The translations under genes and the position numbers were made by a program. From Auanema rhodensis (lineage: Eukaryota > Animalia > Nematoda), in NCBI GenBank assembly GCA_964057225.1, contig OZ059899.1:5270001-5334000 (forward strand): a stretch of 64,000 nt of DNA, read 5' to 3'. Each line of letters opens with the position of its first letter. Within the stretch, counting starts at the first letter, position 1. Under the pieces are notes generated by a model, which was given only the letters and a program-made list of their open reading frames with translations, was not told the origin of the DNA and searched no databases. Below are positions 18,486 through 32,084 of this stretch, piece after piece.

Positions 18486-19311
18486 TATGTGTATGTGTAC
18501 GTGTATGTATAAGTTTGTTTCATTAGATGCTTAAACAACATCTTCATATAGCTCAATAATTTTTCTAGATAATATTTCTTGAGGCTATATATCAAATTTC
18601 CAATGAATATCTTCATTTGATTTGTTTTTTCCTATCTGTTTCTTCTAAAAATGTTTCGAATTATGTTTTGAAAGATATCTCTTTCTAATTCTTCACATAT
18701 TCTCTTATACGTTCATTTCTTGTCTTTACATGAAATTTCAATTATTTCTCAACGTTTTCCTAAATGATATGTGTGTGATTTAAAACTTTTTTTATATTTG
18801 AAAAGAAATTTTTCTACATTCTTTTTTCAATTCTTCTTTTCCGTTTTTATGATTTTATGTGTCCATCATTCATCATACTCAATTCGCTGTCATTTTCAGG
18901 ATTCTAATAGACGTGACGTGTCATCTCAATTCATCTATTACAATCATTCTATTAGGACAGATTATCATCATCTTTTACAAATAACATTGTCATCTGAAGC
19001 TACAGAAGTATCAGCTCTAACTTCTCCATCTTTGTATTATCATCAGCATCATCGTTTTACTATATATATATAAACATATATTAATATATCGGACAACAAT
19101 TATATTCTGTACAGCCAGATTAATTATCATTAGTTTTCGTAAGCACAAGCTACAGATGATGTGAGATGAGCATGCGAGACGACGTACACTTGAAGTCTTG
19201 TGCCTAGGTTTATATCTTTCTAACTTGACTTCATATAACATAACAAGCAGCTTTAAAGCAGTATTCAAGCTTGTAACCTTATTATTCAACTATTAAAAGT
19301 CACGGTATCTG

Positions 19312-20132
19312 ATGACCGTTTGCAATATTCAGCAGATCTATGTTCTGCTCAGAGCCCTGAGCTTCTTATGGCTATTCAGTAAATCGTCAGCACAGTTCAT
19401 GGAAAGCGAGTAAGTTCTTATTTTTTTATAGATTTATATAATATAATAATTATATATTCATATAATATATATATATATATATATATACATTTTATAATAA
19501 TTCTTTATAAATTGAAAAAACATTATTCTGCTTATTCTGTTATGTTTTGAATTTCCATCTTATTTTTTACAGCTTTCTTTAGCAAAAAGCCTCATTTTCC
19601 TTATTCCATAACACATTTTTAAATTAATATTTCCATTTTCTACTGTCTAACTATAGACTTTATATTATCAAAGCAACATGAAAATGAAAATTTATATAAA
19701 ACAAATATGAAAAACAAAAAATTTTCATCTTCATCTTATAAGAAGAATAATTTTTTCGATTATTTTGAAGAAAATTTTGAATAGATAGCATATTACATAT
19801 TCAATTCTGTCTTGAACCATTTCTCTCTCTCTCCCTGTTCCTCACCATTTCCTTCACTCTCTTTATGTTATTCTTGTTATTCTTCTTCTTCAATTAGATA
19901 GATCCACCTCAGAAACTTCTAATTGAACCATCTTGAATTTCTTTCCGGTGATATCTGTTGTCTATTAACTCCTAAAGATATTATTTTTCCGAATCTATGT
20001 AGGAATTCGTATTGAAAATGTTTTATTCTCAACAGACTCAAGAAACGTTCTGCAATGTTTTAATGACACAAGATATAACGGTTTTCTTGATGGAGCTCGT
20101 TTTAACCAGTTGAAGCTTCTCATCTCTCTCTC

Positions 20133-20181
<49 letters not shown>

Positions 20182-22558
20182 TATCTTCTTCCATCATACG
20201 TAGTTCTTGTATCTTCACTTCCGATAGTTCGTTCGATGTTTGATGATCACCATGTGCATATGGAAAAGCTCAATAGCTCAAGAAGATGTATCATCCAATG
20301 TTCACAATTCGATTTTTGTTTTTCTAACAATTGGCGTTGAAGATCTGTATATCATCGAATACACTACAGGATAAAGCTTATTGAATCTGGTTTCAATTAA
20401 GATTATGACCCTCCGCAATTTTCTACCTCGGTTTACATTGCTGTTTGAGAAGAGCTAAGACAGTTTTTTGACCTTTTTTTTTCTTTCATGGCTATGGACA
20501 ATTGAATTTTTGCAATTTGTACCCCAAAATCATATAGATTATGCATTTGTATGGGGGATGACGGAATGCATATTCACATCTACTCTCTCTCAATCTCTCC
20601 CGTTTGCTTCATCACAAGCCACACACACACGCACACACGACGTTGAGGAAGAAGTTCCGTTTGCAACATTCAGCATGCCGTTTAACAGATTTTGCGTGAA
20701 CAAGACTTAAGACCAATTCCGGAGCTGTGGCCAGATTCCAAAAAAGGTCGAAATGAGATGACAAGCAGACGTCGTCAAACTGACGTTGACGACAGCACGA
20801 AGATGAAAGAAAGCAGTAATTTGCATATTTCCGTCACTAACGTCGGCCATGTAGTGTTGGACGTTGCTCTCAGCCAACAGTCGTCTCTTTTCCTTCATTG
20901 GCAAAGAACACGTGATGTAAATCAAGTGTATAGCCAATGATTCAGTATTTGAAGAAATTTTGAAAGACAAAGAAGTAGAATATGGTTAGATGTTACCATT
21001 TCTATATGATAATATCATGATTGATTAAGCTTTATAGGTTTTATAAAGAATCTATCAACTTATATTCAATACTTATAGTTGTTGAGTTGAGTGAGAAAAG
21101 AAGGAATGGAAGATGATGTGAAGTTCAAACGAAATATATCCATAAGTAAATTGGAAATCTATCTTATACATAGAAAGTGAGAAAAAAAGATGATGATGTA
21201 TCAAATTTGTTTTTCCATTCACCGTTCTTTTCGTATTTCTCTCACACATACACATATAGCGTATATTTCACTCTCTTCCTCCCTCCCTCTCTCTCTCTCT
21301 CCCTCCTTTTCTCTCTCTATTTTTCATTTTATTTTCCTTTAAGTCTTTGTTTACCTTTATAATCTATAACTCTCATTCTTTTTACGCTTGTATCTTGAAG
21401 TCTCTCTACCTAACATCCTTCTCCTTTTTCCTCAAAATTCTCAAATATCGTTATCGTCTTCTTCATATCCTCTACTGTGTTACTTTTCCAACTAATATTA
21501 CTCAATGTCCTAGCCAAAGGATTCCGCTTATACTACCCTCCCTTCTCAACCCTTTTCTCCATAGTCATCCGTGGGGGGTAAATTGTTCACACAGACCTAC
21601 ACATACGATATCAGCTGTCGTTTTTGTCTGGAACGGCAAAGTCAAATAGTAAATGGAAAATAAAAAGAATATTCTTCTTCTTGTTTGTCGTTTCCTTAAT
21701 CTATCTTTACGCATTTTTCTTCCTATTCGTATTATCAAGAGAATATACATGGGTTAGAGTATTTGCTACATGTGCTATCTCATATATGGATAAACTAGCA
21801 TGATGTCCTTGAGATCACTAGCTGTGATTCAACTTTCTGCACATGATTGTTGATGATCATACTCTGATATTGGTGGATTGTGTTAGCTTTGTTCCATCTG
21901 CCACTCACGATATCACCAGAGATGCGGCTGCAGATTCGGTGAGATGTGTGAGCTTCCAACAACATGATCGCAGCAAGGCTAGAGACTAGAACGGCATCGG
22001 GAACAAAAGCTATGCTATTGGAATTTGTTAATCGATCATTCGTTTTTCTGTTCTTTTCATCCACCAATAGATTCACCTTTGGGTAGGGAGAAGTGATAAA
22101 GAGGATAAGAAGTGTGACTAGCAAGATGAGAATGTTTAAGTAACGACAGAGGAACAGAGAGATAGAGAGGGGAGAAGAGGGATTGGATGAGGGAAGTTGA
22201 AATTGGTTACGAACCTGTTTCTTGTATTCTTGGATAAAGGGGGAGGGAGCAAAAGCTAAGCCAAAAGAACATATGTCATTGTGGCGATTGACTACTGACT
22301 ACAGCTTTTACATCTTTTGCCCTCTCCGTTATGCTTTAACTCGCTTTTGAATCTCTCTTTCTTGATTTCTTATTTTCTCTTTTCCCTCTTCCTCCTTCTC
22401 TGTGGTCTAACTGTTCTTTTCGGGATAAACTAAGCCTACCAACAGCAGTTGGATACAAAGAAACATGTTCGAAAACTGAGAGTGGACGATTAAAATGGAG
22501 AGTTTTGACAACCAGAGAATAACGAGAAGACCACTACTAAATAGAAATGTGCACCACT

Positions 22559-22656
<98 letters not shown>

Positions 22657-24555
22657 GAGAAGGGAAAGAGTAGGTGGGGTTCATGAAGAAATCATTTTGT
22701 CAAATGGTTTATTCGTTTAATATTGGCTGAACGAACATACAAATTCAATAAGGAATTACAATCTGTAATCGCGCAGGGTCAGTTTCAAAAAATTTGGTGA
22801 AAACGCCCTCATCAGGATGATAAATGATCTGAAGAAAATAAAAAAAAATGGAAATTTAAGTAGTGAAGAACCACAAATGCTATTGAGATCAGTAAAAGCT
22901 GATGATAGGATGAAAGAAAATGGTCGTCAAATCTGTTCATCATCATCATACGTTGTTCATCTGTTTCTTCCGAAGCTATTCTATCACTTCAGTTTCATTA
23001 TAATGAGCTAAGGAGGTATTACGACAAGGAATTAAACAGACAAGACGGTGATAACTGCTTCTCGTAAGGTGAGAAAGATAATGAAAGAAATGAAGATTCA
23101 GATTTTCATTATTCATCTGAAATAAATTTGAATAATAGTTAGTTTTCATTCATAAGTTACTTGAAAAATGTATTGGATAAAGAAAGCTCTTTATAAGTTT
23201 CTGAATGAAAGACATGAATTAAGCTAGAAGGAAGTACTTCTAACAATCATCATCATCATCCTCATCATTATAACTTGTACATTCTTGCTAAGCAAAATCT
23301 AGCAAATCTAAGAAAAGTGAGAGGAAAAGCAAATTTGTTTAAAAAAAAAAGAAAAAGAAAATGAAAGTGAACGAAAGATGTTCCTAATGAATATCAGACA
23401 AGATGTTAGATCAAGCGTATAAGCCACTCAAAAAATGAATTTTAAGTGATTTCATTTGGAATCCTTACTGGAGTCGTTTGTTGAAATTTAAAATTACAAG
23501 AAAAATGATGTAAAGCTGTCTAAATTTAATAAATTCCCAGCTCTACACATTGCTCCCAACCTCTCCCCTTATCCTTCCAAAACTCTTGCGGCTCTTTATA
23601 TGGACTAATGGAAAAAGTGCTCACTTATAGAACTAGTACTAGACCACAGGGTCTTCTTCTTCTTATTCGATTTCTTTCCTATTTCATCTTCAGTAGGGGA
23701 CTTTCCTCAAAAAGCTGAATATGCATAAAGCAACAAAGTATTTTCATTAAAATCTTGAAATACATTGAGCATTACCAAGAATAAAGCTATAATCCAACAT
23801 TTTTCTGAAAATTACAGCATTTTCCAACAATGAAACTTTTTTCTTCTTTCAGCTATGTCGATACTACAGTCTTATCCCAAGTATTGGATCGTTTAACAAA
23901 TCGAACGATATATGACAAACGGTTACGGCCACGGTATGTTCAATTATTTTCTTTCAAAAATCAAATTTAAACGAATTTTTCTTCATTTTAAATAAAAAAT
24001 TAAATGAAAAACAGAAAATATCTTGGAAATTACCAATATTGTTGCTATATTGAGTTTGATGTTTGATTAGAAGTGCTAAGTCAGAGGAAGGGCACTACAA
24101 ACATAATGTTGAAAACAAATCGAATAGAAGTTGTGTATCATGAGTTAAAAACCAAATATGTCAAAATCTCAGAAAATATTTCAAAAAACGCTTCTTTGCA
24201 ATCTGTTCCACATAATATAGATAGAGTGAAGTATTGGGGCGAAGACCATGACTTGTTTGTTGCTGAACATCTGAGTTGTAGATCTGATTCATTGTTTTCA
24301 TGTCTAATTTAAGCTACTTATACAATCTTAAAGCTACATCTTTCATGAAATAAGCCTAAGAATGAGAAAATGATAAGCACATAAGGTTCATGAAGACAGA
24401 AAGTACAATTGAACTTAATGCTACTGCTGCTAAGAATTTATGAGATTTATTTTGAAAAATAGAAGAAGAAACGAGAACAAAAGATTGGAAGAAGCATTTT
24501 TGAGTTAAAGATAGTGAGAAGTGATGAGAGAGAGATAGATATTAGATGATTTGAG

Positions 24556-24615
<60 letters not shown>

Positions 24616-26263
24616 AAGGCGGAATATTTGTAAATGGGGAAGTTGCTTATCACATTCGCTTTTGGAACATAACTTTCTTTTCTCCATAAAAAAAAACTTG
24701 GTCCAGTTTTAATAGCTCCATCGGGAACCTAGTTATGAATACAACTTTGTGATGTTCAGCAAAAAAAAGAAGGTATAATGATGTAAGCAACAAGATTTAG
24801 TTTTTTTTTTTTTAAATATTTTCATTTCAATATGTTATTTTGAAATAAAACAAAAGTATTATTCAATTTTATCAATCTTATGAAGTTGAAATAATATTGA
24901 AATAAGGCAGAATATGCCATTGCAAGACAACTAACAGCTACGAGGTCAACGAACCCCAAGTGGCCGAGAAAAAAGGAAGGCTGTCATCTTAAGCTTGAAC
25001 GAACTAAGATTCTTCAAAAAAGGTTCAAGTCAAACTAAAGTGAATTTGAGCTCTATTTTCAGTTTAACATACATATATGCATAGGAAAAAGATCTTATTC
25101 CATTAGGAAATTGTTATAAATCGTTAGAAAAAATGGGAAAAGTGAAAAATATGCTTAAAATATTTTATATATATACTTATAAAGTATATCTTTAACTATA
25201 TTAACTATATTATTTAATAAAATTGATTTTAGATACGGTGATAAGCCTGTAGATGTTGGAATTACCATTCATGTCTCATCTATTAGTGCTGTATCTGAAG
25301 TAGATATGGTAGGTGTTCAAACATTTTATTTTTACTTTAAAATATTTTTAAATAATAATAATCATTATTTTCTTTAAAAAATATATTTTTTTGAAATTTT
25401 TATGAAAGAAGAAATATTTTTGAGAAAAGTTTTGTTTTTGTTTATCTGTAAGAATATACCTTTACAGCTTATAATCAAAGATGAAAATCTCTCCCTCTCT
25501 CCCTCTCTCTCTCTCTCTCTCTCTTTTTCTTTCTCTCTCTCTCTCTCTGCCTCTTACTTCCATTCATTCTTTATCACTTTGTTAGGTTCATTTTGACAAG
25601 AGGTCAGATGATACCTGTGTGTGTTCGAGCTTTCAAACTGATCTTGTTCAAGCTGACAGCTGAAAATCGAACAAAAAGGTGGAAAAGAGGGATAAAGATT
25701 GAGTACGCGATTAAATAAGAACATGTGTCATACATGACGTTTTTTGTATTTTTTAATTTGAAAAAAAAACTATAAAATGTATTGATTTCACATTAAATTA
25801 ATATATGAACTATGAACTTAAAGTATACAAATTTTAATAAAAAATTACAGGATTTTACTTTGGATTTCTATATGAGACAGACATGGCAAGATCCTCGATT
25901 AGCTTTCGGTGATTTACGGATAGGTTCCAGCGATAAACCAATTACATCACTTACTGTTAGTACAATAATATTTATTTAATTAAATAATTATATATAGGTT
26001 GGTGTTGATTATTTGGATAAATTATGGAAACCTGATACATTTTTTCCAAATGAAAAGAAGTCATTCTTTCATGTTGCTACAACACATAATTCATTTTTAC
26101 GTATAGATGCTGATGGTACTGTGTATACAAGTCAAAGGTTAGTAAAATATTTATATAATTTATATAATATATTTATATAGATTAACAGTAACAGCTACAT
26201 GTCCGATGAAATTACAACTATTTCCAATGGATTCACAACGCTGTAAGCTGGAAATAGAAAGCT
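19312..26263 (+). CDS. unc-49: unc-49 shared N-terminal exons (signal peptide and extracellular domain through the Cys-loop)
   Basis: Exons 19312-19409 ([32 protein letters not shown], signal-peptide-like, phase matches the next exon), 23853-23933 ([18 protein letters not shown]), 25233-25308 ([25 protein letters not shown]), 25851-25955 ([17 protein letters not shown]), 25998-26137 ([17 protein letters not shown]) and 26181-26263 (Cys-loop [15 protein letters not shown], ends in phase 1). Exon 1 is less certain than the rest. Confidence 0.93.
22561..22659. repeat. (GA)n microsatellite in unc-49 intron 1
   Basis: ~100-bp GA run. Confidence 0.95.
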
Positions 26264-26449
26264 GTAAGTCAATATTCATATCTTAAAATATAATATATTT
26301 TTTCTAAAAACTAAATTAAATCCAAATTTTTTTATAAAAAAAAAAGTTTTTTTCTTTAAATCTTTGTGTGATAATAGATGTAGACGTAGACATATAGAGT
26401 AGAATGTGTTGTATGTAGACATCACAGTTTCAAACAAAAAAATTAAAAT

Positions 26450-26489
26450 AAATCTGAGAAAATAAAAAAAAAGAGTTGCACCAGGTCTC
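26450..26489 (+). promoter_or_regulatory. Putative intronic RNA docking site for unc-49 module choice
   Basis: AAAAGAGTTGCACCAGGTCTC (26469-26489) plus AAATCTG (26450-26456). GC-rich in a very AT-rich intron and complementary to 30308-30337 and 32647-32660. The function is inferred. Confidence 0.7.
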
Positions 26490-27080
26490 CAAAAATTATT
26501 AAAAAAAAAAGTGTATATACATATTAATATTAAAATAATTTAAAATAATATTATATAAACTTCTCTCATCATTATTTCCTCTTTTAACTATTTTTTTATA
26601 AATATATTGTAAGTATTATATTATAATTTATTTTTATTTTTATTATAATTATTATTGTATTTTTTTAATTTTATTCATTGTTGTTATTTTATTTGCTATA
26701 TTTGTTGTTATTTTTTTCATTATAAATAATGAAGAAAAGATTACGGTATGAAGAAATACGGTAAGAAAAATTATATTAAATATTTATTATTATTATTATA
26801 ATAAATAATAATAAAAATTAGAGAATTATGAACAATTGTTCAAAATCTCTTGGTTTTTTCATTTTCCTTAAAACCTTTTCAGCATTTATTTAAATATAAA
26901 ATCATATCATCTACAACTCAATATTCAACAAAATGCTTAAATTCTCATGTTATCAGGTAAATAATAATTTATATTTCTTTAAATAATTTTTGAATAATTA
27001 ATATACTAAAAATCTTTATTTATAAAATTAAAAAAATAATTTAATTGAATATAAATAACATTATACTATATAGTTAGAAT

Positions 27081-27134
27081 TGCATGATTGTTTTAGAAGT
27101 TTTTCTGTGTTTCTTGCATGTTCTAGATAGCATG
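27081..27134 (+). promoter_or_regulatory. Cluster of RBFOX (ASD-1/FOX-1)-type UGCAUG motifs upstream of the module A acceptor
   Basis: TGCATG at 27081 and 27115, GCATG at 27130; the module A acceptor AG ends at 27247. Confidence 0.5.
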
Positions 27135-27247
27135 ATGATATATTTTAATAATTTAAATAGATCTTTTCTTCTAATTTTCTATCATTTTCAATTATTTTAA
27201 ATTTTCTTCTCAATGAATGATTAGAACGTTGCTGGAAATCCTTCCAG

Positions 27248-30054
27248 ATGGCTACAGTATTCTCGATATCATATACATTTTTGGTCAAGAAGGTGTTGGA
27301 CGAGCAGAGTTTGAGTTGCCCCAATTTGTTTTGGTTGACGTGAAAAATACCAACATAACTGAAAAACTTAGTTCAGGTTGGTTTTTGAGATTTACTCAGA
27401 ATAGTGTTGTCTAAGCCCATCTGCCAAATGCTATGGGCTTCAGCATTAAGCTCAACATTATGCTCTGATTGAGGATTGATTTGAATGATTTTTAGGAGAA
27501 TATTCTCGTCTTGTGAGTTATTTCTTTTTCAAACGCAATATTGGCTTCTATCTGATACAAATCTATTTACCATCGATCCTAATCGTTGTCATCTCTTGGG
27601 TACGTACGTCTATACTTTGATGTTATTGTGTTCTCAAATATATTTATATACTATATGATATAGTATTTAATTGAACAAAAAAAAATGTTATAGGTATCAT
27701 TCTGGTTATCACGTGATGCAACACCAGCACGTGTAGCTCTAGGCGTAACGACAGTTTTAACGATGACAACTTTGATGACGACAACAAATGTAAGGTTCAT
27801 CTGTTCATAACATCATCATATAACATGAAACAAACATTTTTGTAATCATTAAATGAGGGAAAATCAATTTAATTTTATTAAAATATTTTTATAATTTAAA
27901 TAATAATTATAATTATATATTTCAGTCATCAATGCCAAAAGTATCATATGTTAAAAGTATTGATATATTTCTTGGTATGTTTTAATTTATTTTATAAAAT
28001 AATTTAATTATTAGATAATCATATGTATATTTTACATTTCAAATTGAATGTGAGGGATAGATAAGAAAGTGAAATTGAGATGATTGGCAATTTGTCACTA
28101 AGTTTCGTGATTAATTCATTTCTTGTTGTATATCTCTATCTCTTTTGCTGTATATATACACCTACATATACACATGAAGTTCATCACTTGGCAAATTGCG
28201 GTTGATCATCAGAAAACAATTGGCCGACGTCCTCGGATAGGTTGGACAGGCGTGGATGCGCGGAGCCGTACCTAGCAAGGTCCTATAGCTATTCTATCTA
28301 TCCCTTGCTATCCTTTTCTCTCTCTCTCTCTAATTAACCGACTTCCTCTGCTGTCTTGTGAGAGAATTTGTAATATGTTTTATGTTAGGTGCGATGTAAG
28401 CTGAATTAGTTGCAACATACACGCAGTTTTAGCATGTTGAACAGATAAGAGATACTGAGAAATGTATATGAAATAAGAGAGTACAAGAGATGTAGAAAGA
28501 GAAATAGTCAGATGATCTAAATAAATTTCTTCTCTTCTCTAAGCATCTTCCTTATGTGTGATATTTCATATAAAAGTTTCAAAAATCTTTCATCCACATC
28601 TTGATAACTAATGACAAACAGTCGCTTCTGGCGACAAATTGCTGAATGATTACCATACTTCAATCTCTCAACGCCTAATATTTCATTACAAAAAAATTTT
28701 CTTTAGGGACTAGTTATCACAAACAGTTTTAACATCAAAAACATGAAAGATATATTAACAAACTTAAGTTAAAAACAAATTATTTATACAAGAAAACAAA
28801 CCATAGCTTGAACGGGAAGTTTTTTTGTTTTGTTTTTTCTCTTCTAGAGATGAGATTTAAAAAAAAAAGAAATGTTTCTTTAACAATGTTATCATCTTCA
28901 AAAACTTTTTTTTTCTTCAAAAAAGTTATATCGTTTATGAACTACTTGGCATAGTTGAGCAATTAATCCAATTCGAGTGGACTACTGACTAAGACAACTG
29001 TCGTTGATAAAATGAAGAAGAAGAAGATAAAATCATTACGTAATTGTGGATAGATGAACAGGAAGATGGATGAAGAAGAAAAAGCATTTTTGAACAGCTT
29101 CATCACATATAGATATAATGAAAATCTTCTGGAAATCATATAAAAGTTTGAGAGAGTGAACGAAGGGAGGGTCGGGCAGAGTGGGATGATGATGCAAGCA
29201 ATGAAGGTGTGGCAAATTACAATTGAAATTTTAAAAAATGTTGGGAAAAATCTTGCAAAATGAGTAGGATGTGAAAATGCTGTTTGATCACTTTAGGTGT
29301 ATGTTTCATGATGGTTTTCTGTACTTTATTGGAATATGCAGCTGTTGGTTATATCTCCAAACGTATGAAACTAGTTGAAAGCCGTAAGAACTCAAGGTTT
29401 GTTGAGTTAAAATAATATTTTCACAATATTCAATCAATATAAAATATAAAATTGAGATGTTTTAATCGAAAAAGAGTTATAGAGCTCCATTATTGGGAAG
29501 TTCTCCAGAAGATGACGAAGAAGCTAATATAGGTCGATCATCTGTTTCTTTTTTTAACAGTGGGTATCGACCATTTTATTCTTCAACTGATCAATCAAGT
29601 CATCTATTTCTTCCGGAACCTCCACGACAGATTATGGTAATGCTCTCATCTATGCTCGAATCTCATTGTCTTCTTCCTATTACAGGACTCAGATTGTTTA
29701 TGTGTTTTACCTAAATCTGATTCTGCTAGGCCATCAAGGTAATATTTAAAGAATTACAGATTATAATGAAACTTAAACTTATTCTAGAGTTTCATTTATA
29801 ACTGTTAATTCTATGAGACGTGGTTGGTATATACCAATTATGGAACGAATAAAGCCATCAAGCATAGACAAATATTCTCGTGCAATATTTCCAACTGTAA
29901 GAAAATTGTTTTGTTTTTTGGAAATATTTTTATAGAAATTATCAAATAATTTAATAATTTATTTCTTCAGGTTTTCGTCCTTTTTAATGTAATTTATTGG
30001 AGTTATTACATACGTATAAGTCATGCTGATGATCTCTTGAATATAGATGAATAA
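27248..30054 (+). CDS. unc-49: unc-49 C-terminal module A (UNC-49A: loop C, M1-M4)
   Basis: Phase-1 acceptor gives [10 protein letters not shown]...ELPQF; then [72 protein letters not shown] and [10 protein letters not shown]. Stop 30052-30054. Frame is intact across all exons. Confidence 0.93.
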
Positions 30055-30307
30055 CCTGAATAATCATCAATTATTTCTACAAATTTTTTAAAAAATTTAA
30101 CTTCATTTCTACATTCACTTAAATATCTATTTATAATCTTTTTTATATTTGAATAATATAAAAATATATAAGAAAATAATAATAAAATTCCTTTTCTTCC
30201 TTTTAATTTAAATATTTTTTTCTATTAATTATATGAAAATAATATTATTATATATATATAAATATACAAAATATATAACAAATCATATTTGAATAGCATC
30301 CTTGAGT

Positions 30308-30337
30308 GAGACCTGGATGCAAACTCTTTTCAGATTT
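30308..30337 (+). promoter_or_regulatory. Putative selector sequence for module B
   Basis: GAGACCTGG-a-TGCAA-a-CTCTTTT-CAGATTT forms 21 bp (two single-A bulges) plus 7 bp with the docking site, ending 51 nt before the module B exon. Confidence 0.7.
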
Positions 30338-30388
30338 CCAAATAACTTTTAATTTTAATTTTTATAAATAAAAAAAAGAATATTTTAG

Positions 30389-32084
30389 ATGGATATACAA
30401 CAGCAGATATTGACTATTTTTGGGGACATAAGAAGAATGAAGATCAGAAAAAAGCTGTAGCTTTTGATAAATTTATGTTACCTCAATTTCGACATAGTGG
30501 TTATAGTGTCAATATAACTAAAGCTGTTACTTCATCAGGTATTTCATTTGATTTATGAAAATCTTTTTTTGATATACAAACTTTCTACAGGGGAATATGT
30601 TCGACTTTACTTTGAAGTATTATTAGTACGTAATATGGGTTTTTATTCAATGAATATTGTTATTCCTTCAATGCTTATTGTCACAATATCATGGGTAAAA
30701 CATATTTTTTGTAAAAAAAAAATTAATTTTTTCAATTTTTAGGTATCTTTCTGGCTTAATCGTGAAGCTTCCCCTGCTCGTGTCAGTCTTGGTGTAACTA
30801 CTGTCCTTACAATGACTACTTTGATTACTACAACTAATAATTCAATGCCTAAAGTTAGTTATATCAAAGGATTGGATGTTTTTCTTAATTTTTGGTAAAT
30901 TTTTATATATATTTTTTTATATAAATTTCTTTAATTATTATAGTTTCGTCATGGTTTTTGCATCATTAGTAGAATATGCTGTTGTATCATATATGAATAA
31001 AAGAATAGTTTTAAGAAGAGAAAAAAGACGAAAACAGGTTTGATTTATAATTTTAATATTTAAATTATATTTTAAATAATATTATACAGTATACATATAA
31101 TTTAACTTATTTATTATATTTTTTAAGGCTGAGCAACAACAGCGAACGGAAGTTCCAATGTTTAGTAACAACTTATCACCTAAACAACCAAATAACAATG
31201 TAAGTTTTTAATCTTTATCTAATATCCATATAATTAATATTAATATATTTTAATATAATATTAATCTTTGCTTTTTCTTTGTTATATTAACTAAATTTAG
31301 TCGTATGAAATGGAAATGCTCTCACAAAATTCAACACCAGCTAAAAGTAATCATCATGTATGTTTTCATATTAACTTTGAATGTTTAATATTTACTAATA
31401 ATTGAATATTATATAAATAATATATTAAATATTTCATTAATTATTTGTTTTTTTTTTCAGACTGATCTCTATTTTGGACAAAATAACTCGTCAATGGTAA
31501 GTAAAATTTAAAAAAAAAATAATATTATAGCTAACTATATATTCTTATGTTTGTGTTGAATTTTTTTTATTTAATTCTTTTCAGCATCAGCTTATGGAAA
31601 TTCCAGTAGATTGTGATTGTAGGACGATACCTTTAATACAACATCCACGACTTGTAGCAGATAATGCTCATACGTTGTGGCCAGCACCATTTGCACGACC
31701 TAAAAAGGTAAGTTCCAGTAGTTATCTACTACATAACTTTATCAGAAAAAATAATAATTAATTAACAAACTATTTAATTAATACTTTAAATTATAATTAA
31801 AGTTTTTTTTAATATATTTAAATCTTAAGGCATCAAGAACATGTCGCAATGTAACACCAGCTAAAATTGACAAATGTAGTCGTTATCTGTTTCCACTTCT
31901 ATTTTTCGGCTTTAATGGTATGTTTTTATTATTATTGTTATGCTGCAAATATAAATAAAATATCCTAAAACTTGATTAAAAACTTTTATTTTCAGTTGGA
32001 TACTGGACAATTCTGACAGTTCTGAGTTCAGTTTCAGAAAATATGAGTAAAGATGAATGGACTGCAATCGACATCGACGAATAA
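30389..32084 (+). CDS. unc-49: unc-49 C-terminal module B (UNC-49B)
   Basis: [116 protein letters not shown]. Stop 32082-32084. Confidence 0.95.

Noticed and set aside
20692-20990. Alternative unc-49 first exon
   Set aside because: No signal peptide, and no open phase-2 donor compatible with exon 23853, unlike 19312-19409.
26490-27247. Search for a selector upstream of module A
   Set aside because: No CCTGG/TGCAAC-type complement of the docking site was found by eye.
26378-27625. GTAGAC repeats (26380-26420) complementary to TACGTCTATA at the A2 donor (27605)
   Set aside because: Only ~10 bp including G-U and no consistent nested extension; compatible with chance.
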